A DNA stretch of 63,860 bases, counting the filler, from Chrysochromulina tobinii (Eukaryota): assembly GCA_001275005.1 (NCBI GenBank). It is 6 parts of 6 records of this genome, joined end to end, with 100 filler letters (N's around TTAATTAATTAA, not from the genome) between each part and the next. Parts side by side here need not be neighbours in the genome. Positions count along the whole stretch, not along the records: positions 46,723 to 62,068 come from JWZX01000804.1; positions 62,169 to 63,860 come from JWZX01000843.1; 4 more parts are not named here. One strand, 5' to 3'. Within the stretch, counting starts at the first letter, position 1. Every line of letters begins with the position of its first letter. This document shows positions 52,368 through 63,860 of this stretch, piece by piece. The translations under genes and the position numbers were made by a program. Below the pieces are notes generated by a model. The model saw only the letters and a program-made list of their open reading frames with translations, did no database searches and was not told where the DNA came from.

Positions 52368-53294
52368 ATGAAGCAGTACGCACTGTGCAACCATGCGTCC
52401 TCCGAGCAAAGTCCAGTTTTGCGACGCTCATGGGAGAGCCCCGACCCGCTGCTCCGCACGCTCGGAGTGCGCTACCTTCAGATTGGTGGCGACATTTGGA
52501 ATCGTTGTCACGAAGGGTGGCTGAACATTGACGCGGCGTTCAAGAGCGAGGGACTTCATGGTGAATCCCAATTCGGCACGGACGATAAGGGTGGGCACAA
52601 CATGGCCATCTCATTCTCTGAGATCACCGTGCTGCCATTTGCTTCCAATAGTGTGCAGATGGTATACTCTGAACACATGATCGAACACATGCTCCCCGAT
52701 GCGGGTAGCAACCTGCTCCACGAGGCCTACCGCGTGCTCGTGCCGGATGGCATCCTCCGGCTCGCGACACCCGACCTGAGAAGGTACATGCTTGGCTACG
52801 TCGAATCCGGGGCGCGAGGCCAGGGCGGCACCAACGCCTTCTTGCGCGTGCATAGCCAGCGCTTTGGACCGATGCAGCAGCCGCGGCACCGACCGCCAAC
52901 CGACGCGACGATCGTCAACAATATCTTCCGCAATTACGGGCACAAGTGGGTGTACGACTTTGAGGAGCTGCGCTCGCGCGCGGTCGACGCGGGGATCGCA
53001 GCCGAGGATGTGTGCCAGAGCGATCGAGTTGGTCGCGGGCTCCCGCAAGCACTGCAACGGGCGCGCGACCGCGCCACCCACCCGCGCAATGAGTCGCTAG
53101 CGTGTTGGCTCGATCAAGCCGTGCGTGAGGATGAGTCGCTCTACGTGCACCTCGTCAAGCGCCGCCCGTGGCCGCCGAGCAATCGCTCCCACGTGCCCCC
53201 CTTTTGCCGGCCCGTGAGGGACTGGCTGCCATGCCATCCGGGGACGAGGGGCCGTGGGGGGCGGAGGCGTGGGGCGGGGGTCATGGGGCTCTAG
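52368..53294 (+). CDS. Class I SAM-dependent methyltransferase (type 11-like)
   Basis: LQIGG..GWLNID and LPFASNSVQMVYSEHMIEH..LLHEAYRVLVPDGILRLATPDL, then GHKWVYD. Confidence 0.85.
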   Translation: MKQYALCNHASSEQSPVLRRSWESPDPLLRTLGVRYLQIGGDIWNRCHEGWLNIDAAFKSEGLHGESQFGTDDKGGHNMAISFSEITVLPFASNSVQMVYSEHMIEHMLPDAGSNLLHEAYRVLVPDGILRLATPDLRRYMLGYVESGARGQGGTNAFLRVHSQRFGPMQQPRHRPPTDATIVNNIFRNYGHKWVYDFEELRSRAVDAGIAAEDVCQSDRVGRGLPQALQRARDRATHPRNESLACWLDQAVREDESLYVHLVKRRPWPPSNRSHVPPFCRPVRDWLPCHPGTRGRGGRRRGAGVMGL

Positions 53295-53488
53295 AAAAGT
53301 TTGTCTAATGTCTCACCGGACTGGAATTCCTACCTGACGAGGCGGGTGGGGGGTGGGACGCTAGAGCGAGTGGGGATGTCTGTTTTGGCTGAGGTTTTTT
53401 GGCGCGAAGACGCGTTCTGCTTCTCTCGCGCGCCTCAATCCCTCAGCAAAAGAGGCAAGTTTTTGCTCGGGCGCTCGTCGCCCTGGTC

Positions 53489-56400
53489 ATGATCAATGAT
53501 CAGCTGCGCCGGACGATTGCGCCGGGCTCGCAAGCGCAGGAGCTCTGCTACGAGTCATGCTCGTCCACGAGCTCCGCTCCTGACGACGACGTGGCCGCTG
53601 CCTTCGGAGGCCGCGGCGGCAGCGGCCGATGGTCGCCCTTCACTGCAGGCAGCACGGCAGCCATGCCAAGCTCGCCATTTCTTGCCTCGCCAGACGGTAA
53701 CTCGTCCTCGTGCGGCGGGAGTGCTGTGGCGCTCACGCCCGAGCTGCGACCGGCCGAGGCTCCCGTCGCGCTCGAAGACTGGTCACCGACGAGTGGCGAC
53801 ATACTTGCACCGAGTGCAACCGTAGAGGCTGCTGCTGCGCAGGCAGCAGAGACAGCGGTGCTGATCTCGCCACCGGCAGTTGGACAGGCTCGGCAGCCCG
53901 CCTCGTCAGCGCTGACTGCACGCCAACTGCTCTTGGCGATGGACGCGGATGGCGCCGCACCAGCGGCCTCGGAGGATGCGGCGCTGGCCGGGGCGGCGCT
54001 GGCCATGGCGGCTGAGGCGCTTCCTTTTGGCTCGACTGCGATCCCGCTTTGCCCTGTGGGTGACGAGCCGCGTATGCGTGCTCAGCTGAGCCGCTGCCGC
54101 GCGCAGCTCCAAGCGGCACAGGTGCAGCTGCAGCTGGCGACCTCGCAACTGGGCGCTACGAGTGAACGGCTAGAGTGCTGCGAGAGGGAGCATGCAACGC
54201 TCACACATAAGGTGGCCGAGCTCGAGACGGTTCAGCGGGCGCTCGGAGTCACCGAGGGCTCCACCGAGGAGGCCGACGGCCACGGCGTGCTCGGCGGCGC
54301 CGTCGCGGGCGCCCGAGCGGCCCGTGTGATCCCTTCTCTCGATGCCCTGCGAGGGGCTGTGGGGCGCCTCGCCGACGAGCGGATCGAGGCGCTCGAGACG
54401 GCGCTCAGCACCAAGGACGCGCAGCTGCACGAGCTGCAGGCGCTCGCGTGGGGCGCGTATGCCGACGACAGCGCCGTCGCGGCCGAGGTGCAGCGGTTAC
54501 ACATCTGATGACATCTGATTACACATCTGATGACATCTGACATCTGATGATATCTGATTGCCTCCCTCATCAGGTGCAGCGGTTACACGACGAGTTGGCG
54601 CATGCATCCTCCAAGCATCGACAGCTCACGGCGCACGCACAGGCGGCAGAAGCCACGTTCGCTGAGAGGGTTCGCAACTCTCATGCCGAGCAGGAGGAGC
54701 TCCGCGCGAGCATCGCCGCCCTAACGGCTCAGCTCCGCTCCCAGCAGGCGTCGGAGGCGTCTCTGCGTGCGGCGTACGAGGACGTGAAGGCATCAGCAAG
54801 TGCGAGCGCGGCGGAGGCGGCGAGGCTGGCTACGGTCGAGGCAAGGTTACTCGCCACGCTAACGGATCGGGAGCAACAGCTGCACGTGGCCATCGCACAG
54901 CTCGAAACCCACGCCGCCGAGATCGATGCCTTACGGCGCGGCTCGTCCGCCCATCAGCTCTCCGCGCGCTATGATGAGCAGATCGAGATGCTCCAACGGC
55001 AGGTAAGCGAGCAGGCCGCGCGGGATGCGCAGGCGCTGTATCAGGCGCAGGCGGCCGTTGAGGCGGCGAGGGCGGAGGCGCGTGAGGCACACGAGCGCGC
55101 CCGCCGCAGCCGCGAGCTCGCGGAGTGCCTCGAGATCGAGCAGGCGGCCCATTCACAGACCAGGGCGCAGGCGGCCGAGCGGTTGGCGGCGATGGCCGAG
55201 CGCGAGCGGGCGTTGCTCAAGGAGCTCTCCACTGTCCAGAAGCAGCAGCAGCAGCAGCAGCAGCAGATTCAGCAGCAGCAGCAGCAGATCAAGCAGCAGC
55301 TCAACGCTGCGCCCAACTCGCCTGCTGTCCACACAGCCGGCGGTTGCGCATGGATCGAGGACAGCACGATGAGCGCCTTCCCCAACCCAGTCACCGCGTC
55401 GCCGCCCTCGCCCCCCACCGCGAACGCCGACAGCGGCAGCGCCGGCAGCGATGGGCTCGAGCCGGAAGGGGACGCTGCATCGGGGGGTCTCCCCGTCGTT
55501 TCTTCGCCGCCAGCCCAGGGACTCGTCCTTCCTAATATGGGACTCGTCCTGCCCGAGTCGCTCGTCGCGTCGTCGTGGTCACCGCCCTCGGCTTCGTCAA
55601 CCTCCTCGGCACGCTCGACGCACTCTTTGCGCTCCACGCGCGCCATGCCGATGTCGCCCTTGCCGCTCGCGCCGCCGCCGCGCGGCCTCGAGGCCATGCT
55701 GCAGTCGGCTCAACGTGAGATCGAGGGGCTGCACGACGTGGTGCGTCAGCAGATGCACGTTCAGGGCGTCCTCGAGAACGAGCGCGCGGCCGTGCTCGAG
55801 CGTGAGCAACGGGCGGTCAGCGAGCACGTCGCGCTGCTCGCGCACACCGAGAGGCTAGAGACCTTGCTTGACGACGCTCGCCAGACGGCGACCCGAGCGC
55901 GTTCGCAAGCGGCGCAGGAGGTCGAGGCACGTGCGGCCGTTGAGGCGCAGCTCTCGGAGGCCAAGGCGCGCACAGCGCAGCTCGAGGCCAAGCACGCGCA
56001 GCTCGAGGCGAGCGCCGCCATGCAGCTCGAGACGGCCGTTCGGCAGCTGACCGACACGGTGGCCGCTCATCTCACGGAGATCTCGATGATGCGAGAGGTG
56101 GCCGAGCGCGAGAAGGCTGAGCTCAAGAGCGAGCTCAAGGCGCAGCATGCAATCGCGCTCAAGGCCGCCGAGGAGCGGCTGCACAACGCGCCGCCGCCGC
56201 GCCAGCCGCCTCAGCCGCATCACGACGCGCTGCTCGGCGAGGTGCCCAGCACGGCGCTCGAGACGGCGCTCCATAATAGGCAGGAGGTGCCCAGTGCGGC
56301 GCCGCCCCTCGGCGAGGCGCTTCGTCAAACCTCGGAGCTGTGGGGACAGCCGAGCGCAGAGGCGGCGGCGGCGGTGGGCGCGGCGATGGGCGCGGCGGTG

Positions 56401-59400
56401 GGCGGCCTCGGGCTGCCGAGCAGTGCGGCTGAGGAGGCGGCGAAGCTCGAAGCGGACGCTAGGCTACAATGCCTTTCCACAGAGCTGCGCTCGTACGAGT
56501 TGACGCAGCTCGCAGAGGCCGCCGACCGTGCGGGTCTCTCCGCGCGCCTCGAGCGCGCCGTGATGGCCGCGGCGCTGGCAGACGAGCGTGCGGACTCAGC
56601 GGAGGCAGCTCTCAAAGAGGCGCGTGCGGAGGCGGCGAGGGCGGCAGCGGTCGCCGAGATGGCGCAGGCGGAGGCAGCGCAGGCGACGGCGGCCGCGGCC
56701 GCCGCGGCCATGGCCCGTTTGCCCACCCTCGCAATGAGTAGCCGCTCGCCCTCACCGCGGCGAGACGAGGAGGACGAGGCTGCTGACAGCGCCTCGAGGG
56801 CGGTCGTCTCGCGTGTGATCGCGTCGGAGGCGCGCCTTTCGCCTTGTCTCTCGCTCGAGCACCAGCACGGCGCCGTCCCAAGCGCTGCCGCCGCGCTCGT
56901 CGTGACATCTGCGACGCCCGCAGGCGGTGACGGGGGCGGCCTCCGCGGCAGCGCCGATGATGAGGGGGGGGGCAGCGCCGGAGGCGTGCTCTTGTCTCCA
57001 GCGCCGTCTCACATGATGCGCTCCCCTCCAGTCGGCCACGCAAGCAGCAGCAGCAGCTGGCGCCACATGATGCGCCACGGGCCTCTCGGCTCCCCCGCGA
57101 CTAAGAGCCGCATGGAACGGCTCGAGAGGCATGCAGAGCGCTCGGCGGCACAGCACGCGCGCGAGGCGACTGGGCTGCGCGCCAAGGTCGAGGCGCTTGA
57201 GGAGCAGCTGCTCGCTTTTGGGAAAGGTCTTTGGCAGCCCACCCAGATGTACAGCTCCACTCCACTGCGGAGCTCGCTCGCATTCTCACCTGGAGATGCC
57301 GAGGCGCTCGCATTCTCACCTGGAGATGCCGACTCGCCGAGCGACACGTCATCAGCCGAGGCGCCCAGCGGCATGCAGCTTGACACGTCATCAGCCGAGG
57401 CGCCCAGCGGCATGCAGCTTGACACGTCATCGGCCGAGGCGCCCAGCGGCATGCAGCTTGAGGAGAAGGGCAAGCTCCTCGACGCGCCCAAGTCGGCGCC
57501 CAAGTCGGCGCCCAAGTCGGCGCCCATGTCGGCGCTGGCCGCGCGACCCACCGACAAGCCGACGGACAAGGACGCTTCGAAAGGCGTGGGCCGAACGCCC
57601 CTCATCGATGCCGCTCGCAGCGGCCAGCTGAATGTGGCGGCGGTGCATCGGCGTGTGCAGGCGGAGGCGGCGGCCATGCGCGCGGCGCTCGCCGCGGCGC
57701 TCGCCTCTCTCGAGGCCGAGTTGGTGGCTGAGAGGGAGGCGCGCCGTGCTGAGCGCGCGGACGCGCAGGAGATGCAGACGGAGCTGCAGGAGATGCAGAC
57801 GGAGCTCGAGGCGGCGAAGGCGCACGCCCAGCAGCAGCACGATCAGCTCATGGCGATGCACCAGGCGGCTGCGTCGCTCGGCCGTCGGCATGGCAACAGC
57901 GCGCTCGACTCGGCGCTCGCCGAGGCCCATGCGGCTGAGGCGCAGGCGCTCAACTCGGCGCTCGCCTTGCGCCAACAGCTCGCGACTGAGCAGAGACGAG
58001 CGGCCGTTCGTGAGAAGGAGGCAGCTGCCCTCGTCGAATCGGCCGAGGCGAAGGCTGTCACGCTGCAGCTCGCACTCGACGATGCCCGTGCGGCGGCCGA
58101 GGAGGCGGCGGCCGAGCACGCCGCCGCGATGGCGGCGGCGACGGAGGCGGCACGTCAAGAGGAGGCGGCGGCCAAGGCGGCGGAGGGGGAGCGGGACGAG
58201 GCGGAGAGGCGGCGGGCGGAGGCCGAGGCCAGCCGAGAGGAGGTGGAGGTACGCCTGGCGCACGCCGAGGCGAAGGTGCGTGGCGCGGAGGCGGCCAAGC
58301 TGGAGGCGGAGGCAAGGCAGCAGGAGGCACAGGCGGCCAAGCTGGAGGCGGAGGCGAGGCAGCAGGAGGCACAGGCGGCGCGAGAGCAAGCGGAGCTCGC
58401 AGCCGCTACTGCCGAGGAGCAGCGTCAAGCGATCGAGGAGCAGCTGCGGCTGCTGCTGACCTCCGAGCAGACTGTACGTGAAGCAGAGGGACGAATGCTT
58501 GCGGTGAAGCAGGCGTCGCCTCGAGCGCGCGCCATCTCGAGCGCGTTACAGCCGCCAGTCGAGCAGGCGGCATCGCCTCGGCGACGCCCTGACGTGGACC
58601 AGACGTCGCCAAGACGACGCGAGGTAGAGCACCGAGCCCTAGCAGCGGAAGACCAAGCACGGGCAGCGGAGCTGCTCGTTCAGGACGCCGAGCGAGCGCA
58701 GAGGACGGCCGAGGCAGCGCGCGAGGCGGCGGAGTCCGCGCTCGAGACGGCGCTCGTGGCTTCGGAGGCACGCGTGCAGGCCGCGCAGGAGCAGCAGCGC
58801 GCGCTCGAGACGGCGCTCGAGGCGGCGGAGCGCCGATGCCTTGCGGCGGAGCGCGATGCGGAGCGGCTCGAGGAGGCCAGGGCGCGGGCCGAGGATGCGC
58901 TGGCCCATGCGAAGCGGGTACAGGAGGCCGAGATGGCGGCGCAGCAGGCGGAGCTGGAGGCGAGGGATGCGCAGCACGCGGCTGAGCTAGGTACGCTGGA
59001 GGCAGAGAGGCAGAGGGAGCAGCGGGCGGCCTCGGCGGCGCGGGAGGCGGAGGAGGCGGCGCGCGCGGCCGAGAAGGCAGCGAGGGAGGCGGAGGCGTGC
59101 GCGGTCGGCAAGGCGGCGGAGGCGGCGGCCCGTGAGGCGGCCGTGTGGCAGATGCGCCAGGCTGCTGAGCGAGCCTCGATTGCATTGCAGTCGCAATCAG
59201 AGGAGGATCAGCAGCGGGCGGCCTACGAGACAGCTCAGGCGCGTGCCGCCGCTCAGGCGGCCGCCGAAGCTGCCGCCGCTCAGGCGGCGGCCAAGGCGGC
59301 GGCCGAGGCGGTGGCGGCCAAGGCCACCGCGGCGCTGGCGCAGATGGACAAGGAGGCGCACCAGCATCGGAGGGAGCATGAGGCGGCGATGGCTGCCGCA

Positions 59401-62068
59401 GCTGAGGCATTGCGGGAATCCGAGGTCGCGTGGCAGGCCGCGTGCCTGCAGGCGGCGGCAACCCAGGAGGCCTTGTGCGCGTGCGAGGCGGCCAAGGCGG
59501 CGGCAGAGGCGGACAAGGCGGTGCTCGCGGCTGTCGCCGACGCGGCCGAGAAAGCGAGGCTCGCCCTCGAGGCCGACAAGGCCACGGCAGAGGCGGCCAG
59601 GGCGGCGGCGCAGGCGGAGGAGCTCCGGCTTCTGCAGGAAGCGCTCCGGTGTGAACGAGAACGGTGTGAATCACAGGCGGAGGAGCTCCGGCTTCTGCAG
59701 GAAGCGCACGCGGCGATGGTGCAGGAGGCGGAGGAGGGGGGCAAGGCCCGTGACGCGCTAGCGTCGTCACAAGCGGCGCTAGTTGAGGCACAGGCGGCGG
59801 TGGCGGAGGCGCAGTCGGAGCGGGCGGAGTCCTTCGCGGCGTACGAGGAGATGAGGGCGAGCTACGAGGAGATGAAGGCGAGATGCGAGGAGATGAAGGC
59901 AGCGCAAGCCGAGGCGGAGACGGCACGAGCGCTGGCGGAGGCGGCGGCTCGTCGAGCCATTACGGCTCTAGCGGAGGCGGAGGCGAAACGAACCGAGGCG
60001 GAGTGGAGCCAGACGGAGGCTGAGGCGGCACTGGCTGAGGCACAGTCGCAGCGACACCTGAGTGAGCAGCGGCAGCAGGAGGAGCAGCTGGAGCTGCAGC
60101 AGGCTGCTGCCGAGGTGGGCACACTCAGCGTGCGGGAGCAAGAGACCTCGGTGCGCCTCCGAGCGACCTCGACGGAGCTCGAGGCAGCGAGATCGCGCCT
60201 CGACGAGCTCACACGGGAGCTCAGCGGAGCTCGAGCGAGCTCGAGCGAGCTCGCGCGGGAGATCGAGGTCCTCAGGCGGGAAGCCGCCGAGCTGCACGCC
60301 GCCGCACACTCCGCCGCCCTCACAGCCGCGGCAAAAGATGCAGATTTGCACGCGGAGCGGGAGGAGGTGGCTCGGGCGGCGCGGCTGACTCGCGTAGAGG
60401 CGGCCGCTGCTTGCGAGGCTCTGAGCGTCGAGCTGGGCGAGGCTGAGAGGGAGGCTGTGAAGAGGGAGGATGTGAAGAGGGAGGCTGAGAGGGAGGCTGG
60501 CTCGCAGCTCGCCCACGCACAGCTCCAGCTGGCCAGGATGCACGATGAGCTGGACGGCATGCTCGCCGAACGAGACGCCGTGGCCATCGAGCGCGATGCG
60601 CTGCAGTCGACGCTCGCCACAACGCGCGCCAACGGCTCTGTGGAATCCCGAGCCTTGATTGAGAGTCATGCGGCACAGGTGCAGCGCATGCAGAGCCTCG
60701 AGCGCGCGCGCGCCGCCGCCACTGAGAAGCAGCTCGAGGCGGCGACGACGGCGCGCGAGGCGCTGGTGCGCGAGGTGGAGCAGCTCCGTGCGGCAGCGCT
60801 ACCCGTCGCGGACGAATTGGAACGGTTACGAGTTTCGTTCGACGAATTGGAGCGGTTACGAGTTTCGTTCGAGGCGGCCGAGGCTCGCACTGCGGAGCTC
60901 GAGCGTTCACAGCGCGAGGCGGCGGCGAGGTCCGCGGGGGCTGAGGCCGACGGGCAGCGGCGCAGTTTGATCGTCCGGCGGCTGCTGGGTGCGGAGCTGC
61001 GTGCTTGCGAGCAGAGCGAACAGCGCGTGGCCGCCGCAAGCGCCGTCACGAGCGCGGCCCTACTGGCAGCCGAGGAGGCGCTCGCGACGGCGCGCCGCAC
61101 GGCCACGCGCGAGGCCGAGGAGGCGGTCGCGGCCGCACGCGCCGAGTGCCGGCGCGAACACGAGCAGTCGTTGCAGGCGCACCGCGCCGCGTGGCAAGCA
61201 GAGACGGCGCGCGAAACGGCCGCCGCTCTCGAAGCAGCGGCGACACACGAAGCGGCGGCGGTGGCGGCGGCGACGGCGGCGGCGGCGGCGGCGGCGGCCG
61301 CGCTTACGAGTCAGTCGGACGAGCAACTCGCCGAGGTGCGTTCCGCTTACGAGCGCCAAGTGACGCAACTGCAGATGAGCCTCGCCGAGCTGCAGGCCGC
61401 GCATGCCGCGGCGCTCACGACGGCGCCGCTGCTCGAGGCCGATCGGCTGGCGACGAAGCTCGCGGAGGCGCAGCTGGCGCACGAGGTGGCGCTCACGACG
61501 GCGCTCGACGCCGCCCAGGCGGCCCACGAGAGAGCGCTCGACGCGGCGCTCAGCGAGCTCCACAGTCGGCACGAGGCAGCCTTCGAGGGGGCACGGAGCA
61601 GCCACCTCGCCGAGCTGCGGGCGCTCGAGACGGCGCGCGCGGCGGCGGAGGCACGCCTCGCCGAGCTGCAGGCGCTCGAGACGGCGCTGCGCGCCTCCGA
61701 GGCCAAGCTCGAGCTCGAATCTCAACAGAGGAGATCTGTGGAGGAGGCGCTCGAGACGGCGCTGCGCGCCTCCGAGGCCAAGCTCGAGCTCGAATCGCGT
61801 CGTTGTGAGCGCGCCTCGCGGGAGGCGGCGAGCGCGGCCGAGGCGGCGGAGGCGGCGGAGGCTCGGCACGCGGCGGCCTTGGAGTCGGAGCGTTCGGCCG
61901 CCGAGGCGAAGGTGCAGGAGGTCATGCAAAAGGCGGCCGAGGCTGCTGAGGCGACGCACATGCAGATGCAGCAGGTGGTCGATCAGATGAGTGATGCGTT
62001 CGAAGCGCGCCTCGCGAGTGCGCTGAATGAGGCCGCCGCCGCCGCCGCCAAGCAGACGAGCGAGGCGG
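53489..62068 (+). CDS. Very large Ala/Glu-rich coiled-coil protein (>2800 aa), 3'-truncated; intron 54488-54573
   Basis: Two ORFs joined in frame by a phase-0 intron (AAE|VQRLHDEL). Heptad-like A/E/R/Q composition and many internal tandem duplications. Confidence 0.8.
54488..54573 (+). other. 86-nt intron with 17-nt flanking duplication
   Basis: AGGTGCAGCGGTTACAC at 54486-54502 and 54572-54588. Filler is (ATCTGATGAC)n ending GATTGCCTCCCTCATCAG. Confidence 0.9.
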
Positions 62069-62168
62069 NNNNNNNNNNNNNNNNNNNNNNNNNNNNNNNN
62101 NNNNNNNNNNNNTTAATTAATTAANNNNNNNNNNNNNNNNNNNNNNNNNNNNNNNNNNNNNNNNNNNN
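62069..62168. other. Artificial contig-joining spacer
   Basis: N44-TTAATTAATTAA-N44. Confidence 0.97.
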
Positions 62169-62170
62169 TC

Positions 62171-63860
62171 CGCGGGTGGCTCGTGCGGCGTGACCTGGGT
62201 CGCTTTGCGCCCCCCCGCGGCACTGCATTTGGCATTTTGGCGCGGGCCTATTTGCCAGAGAAGACTCCGGAAAAGGCCCCGGGTGATTCTGTTTGCAAAG
62301 TGGGAAGATGGGCGGCGCCGGCGATTTCTATGCCGAGCGTCTACTCTCGCCCGAAAAAGGCAACGCGCCGAGGCACGCGCAGCAGCTCGCGGGTCAGTGT
62401 CGCCCTCGTCGCTGCACTCGTCAGTGGGGCGGCGGCCATGCCCGCCCGCGACGGATATTCTGCTCAGCAGGCTTCGGTGCCGTACACGCGTGCGATGCTG
62501 TACGAGGGCTTGCCGGCTCATAACGTCGCACTGCTGGACGAGCTCATGGGCAATGTGCTGGCGACGGCGTCGATGACCAAAGTTGACATCGCCTTCGAGA
62601 AGTATTGGAAGCCGATTGCGGAGGCGTATGGCTGGCCCGAGATCATCGAGACGGATGACCCCGAGCGTGGCGGCAAGCTAGTCACCTTCGTGCTCAAGTT
62701 GCTCGAGGACAAGCGGCTGGTGGCCGACTCCATCCAGTCGTACGTTTGGGGCCTCAGATGGAAGATGAAGCTGGCGCACCAAGCGGACCCCGTGTACGGC
62801 CTGATGAACTGGCACCACTTCATGACTAGCGTCCGCGTTCGTGCTCATGTCCCGCACGAGCCGCGACGCGCTCTCCCTCTCCGGCTCATCATCGCAATGC
62901 TGGCGACGATCGACGTGGACGTCTTCTGGGAGGTCCAGTTTGCCGTCTTCATGCTCATCCTCCTCGGCACCTTTTCGCGCTCGGAGTGCCCTTGTCCGAA
63001 GACGTTCACGGGCAAGGAGAAGTGGGACCCGACCAAACACTGGATGGTGCAAGACATCCTGATCAAGTTGGTCGCCGGGACTTACGTTCTCGCGGTGCGC
63101 TTCAAGAAGATCAAGCAAGATCGGCGCATTGAGAGGGCGGCGGCGCGCGGTGACCATCGCCTGGAAGTCAAGCACGGCGAAGCGGCCAAGGGCGGCTCGG
63201 ATTGGTCTTACATCGGTGACGCGCCTGGAAACGCGCTCAGCCCCTTCATGTGGTACCAACGGCTGATGCGCTTTTACTCGGGCCCCCGACCGGCGGAGAC
63301 CCCTTTCTTCATGGCTAAGGACCGGGTTCGGCCTTACACGTACTCAGCCGGCCTCAAGGACTTACAGGTCATGCTCAAGCGCGTGTCGCCGGACGATACG
63401 GACTTCGCCCTTCATGGGGTGCGAGTCGAGGGCTGGAACCGGGCGGCGGCGGACAATGCCGCGCTGGCCGAAGCCCACGGCGGGTGGAAGCCGGGGAACG
63501 CCTCGCGCTACTCCCGTTTCCAACTCGCCGATGTTTTCACGATCTTCCCCAAGATGGTCTCGTCAGGACCAACGGACGTCCCCATGGTGGCGTGCTGGCC
63601 GGCGGAGGACACGCCGAGCGATGCTGGGCTGGTGGAAGAGGGGGAGGACGTGGAGGACGAGGTCGAGGACGACGAGGAAGACGGCGGGGAGGACGGTGAC
63701 GACGGTGCTGGGGCTATGCCACAACCCGGGGTCCCGCCCGCGGTTACGACGCAGCTGGCAGATGGTCAGCCTGGAGTCGCGGCTCTGCCGCTGCTCGGGC
63801 AGCCTGTGGTGGCGCCTGTCGAGTCCGAGTCAGACGGGTATGTGGGGGCGGCGATTCGCA
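62171..63860 (+). mobile_element. Tyrosine recombinase ORF (DIRS/Ngaro/Crypton-type element), open at both ends
   Basis: Not in the ORF track. Manual translation in the frame of ATG 62546 gives DSIQSYVWGLR (core-binding region), LGTFSRSE (R, 62978), RFKKIKQD (K), FALHGVR (HxxR, 63413), AHGGW (63476) and SRY (Y, 63509), then an acidic tail. Confidence 0.85.

Overview
GC-rich, gene-dense eukaryotic DNA, most consistent with a haptophyte alga. A Chrysochromulina-like source is inferred from composition and the 'EALKVNAVLT' LRR family, and is not proven. The window is six contigs joined by artificial 100-nt N/TTAATTAATTAA/N spacers, so adjacency across spacers is not biological. About 25 genes or gene fragments are supported: calpain, FKBP, ankyrin-AGC kinase, F-box/beta-helix, DUF938 methyltransferase, NHL-BTB, HET-like-LRR, a METTL21-like/TRM10 fusion, ERG24/LBR, a cNMP-binding protein, glyoxalase II, LTA4H, a giant RCC1/beta-helix/DNRLRE surface protein, MIOS, an OSCA-like channel, a giant coiled-coil protein and a tyrosine recombinase. 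The main unexplained signal is a recurrent class of apparently young introns and insertions. Each is bounded by a direct duplication of flanking exon sequence (mostly ~17-40 nt) that supplies one splice site. Each is filled with short reiterated units (CTGATGACCT/CTGATTGCCA, or copies of the neighbouring exon), and several end in (C)CTCATCAG. This looks like an active intron-generating system. A second candidate system is a tandem HNH-like nuclease ORF followed directly by a 6 x 56-nt hairpin array that interrupts a PhzF-like gene.
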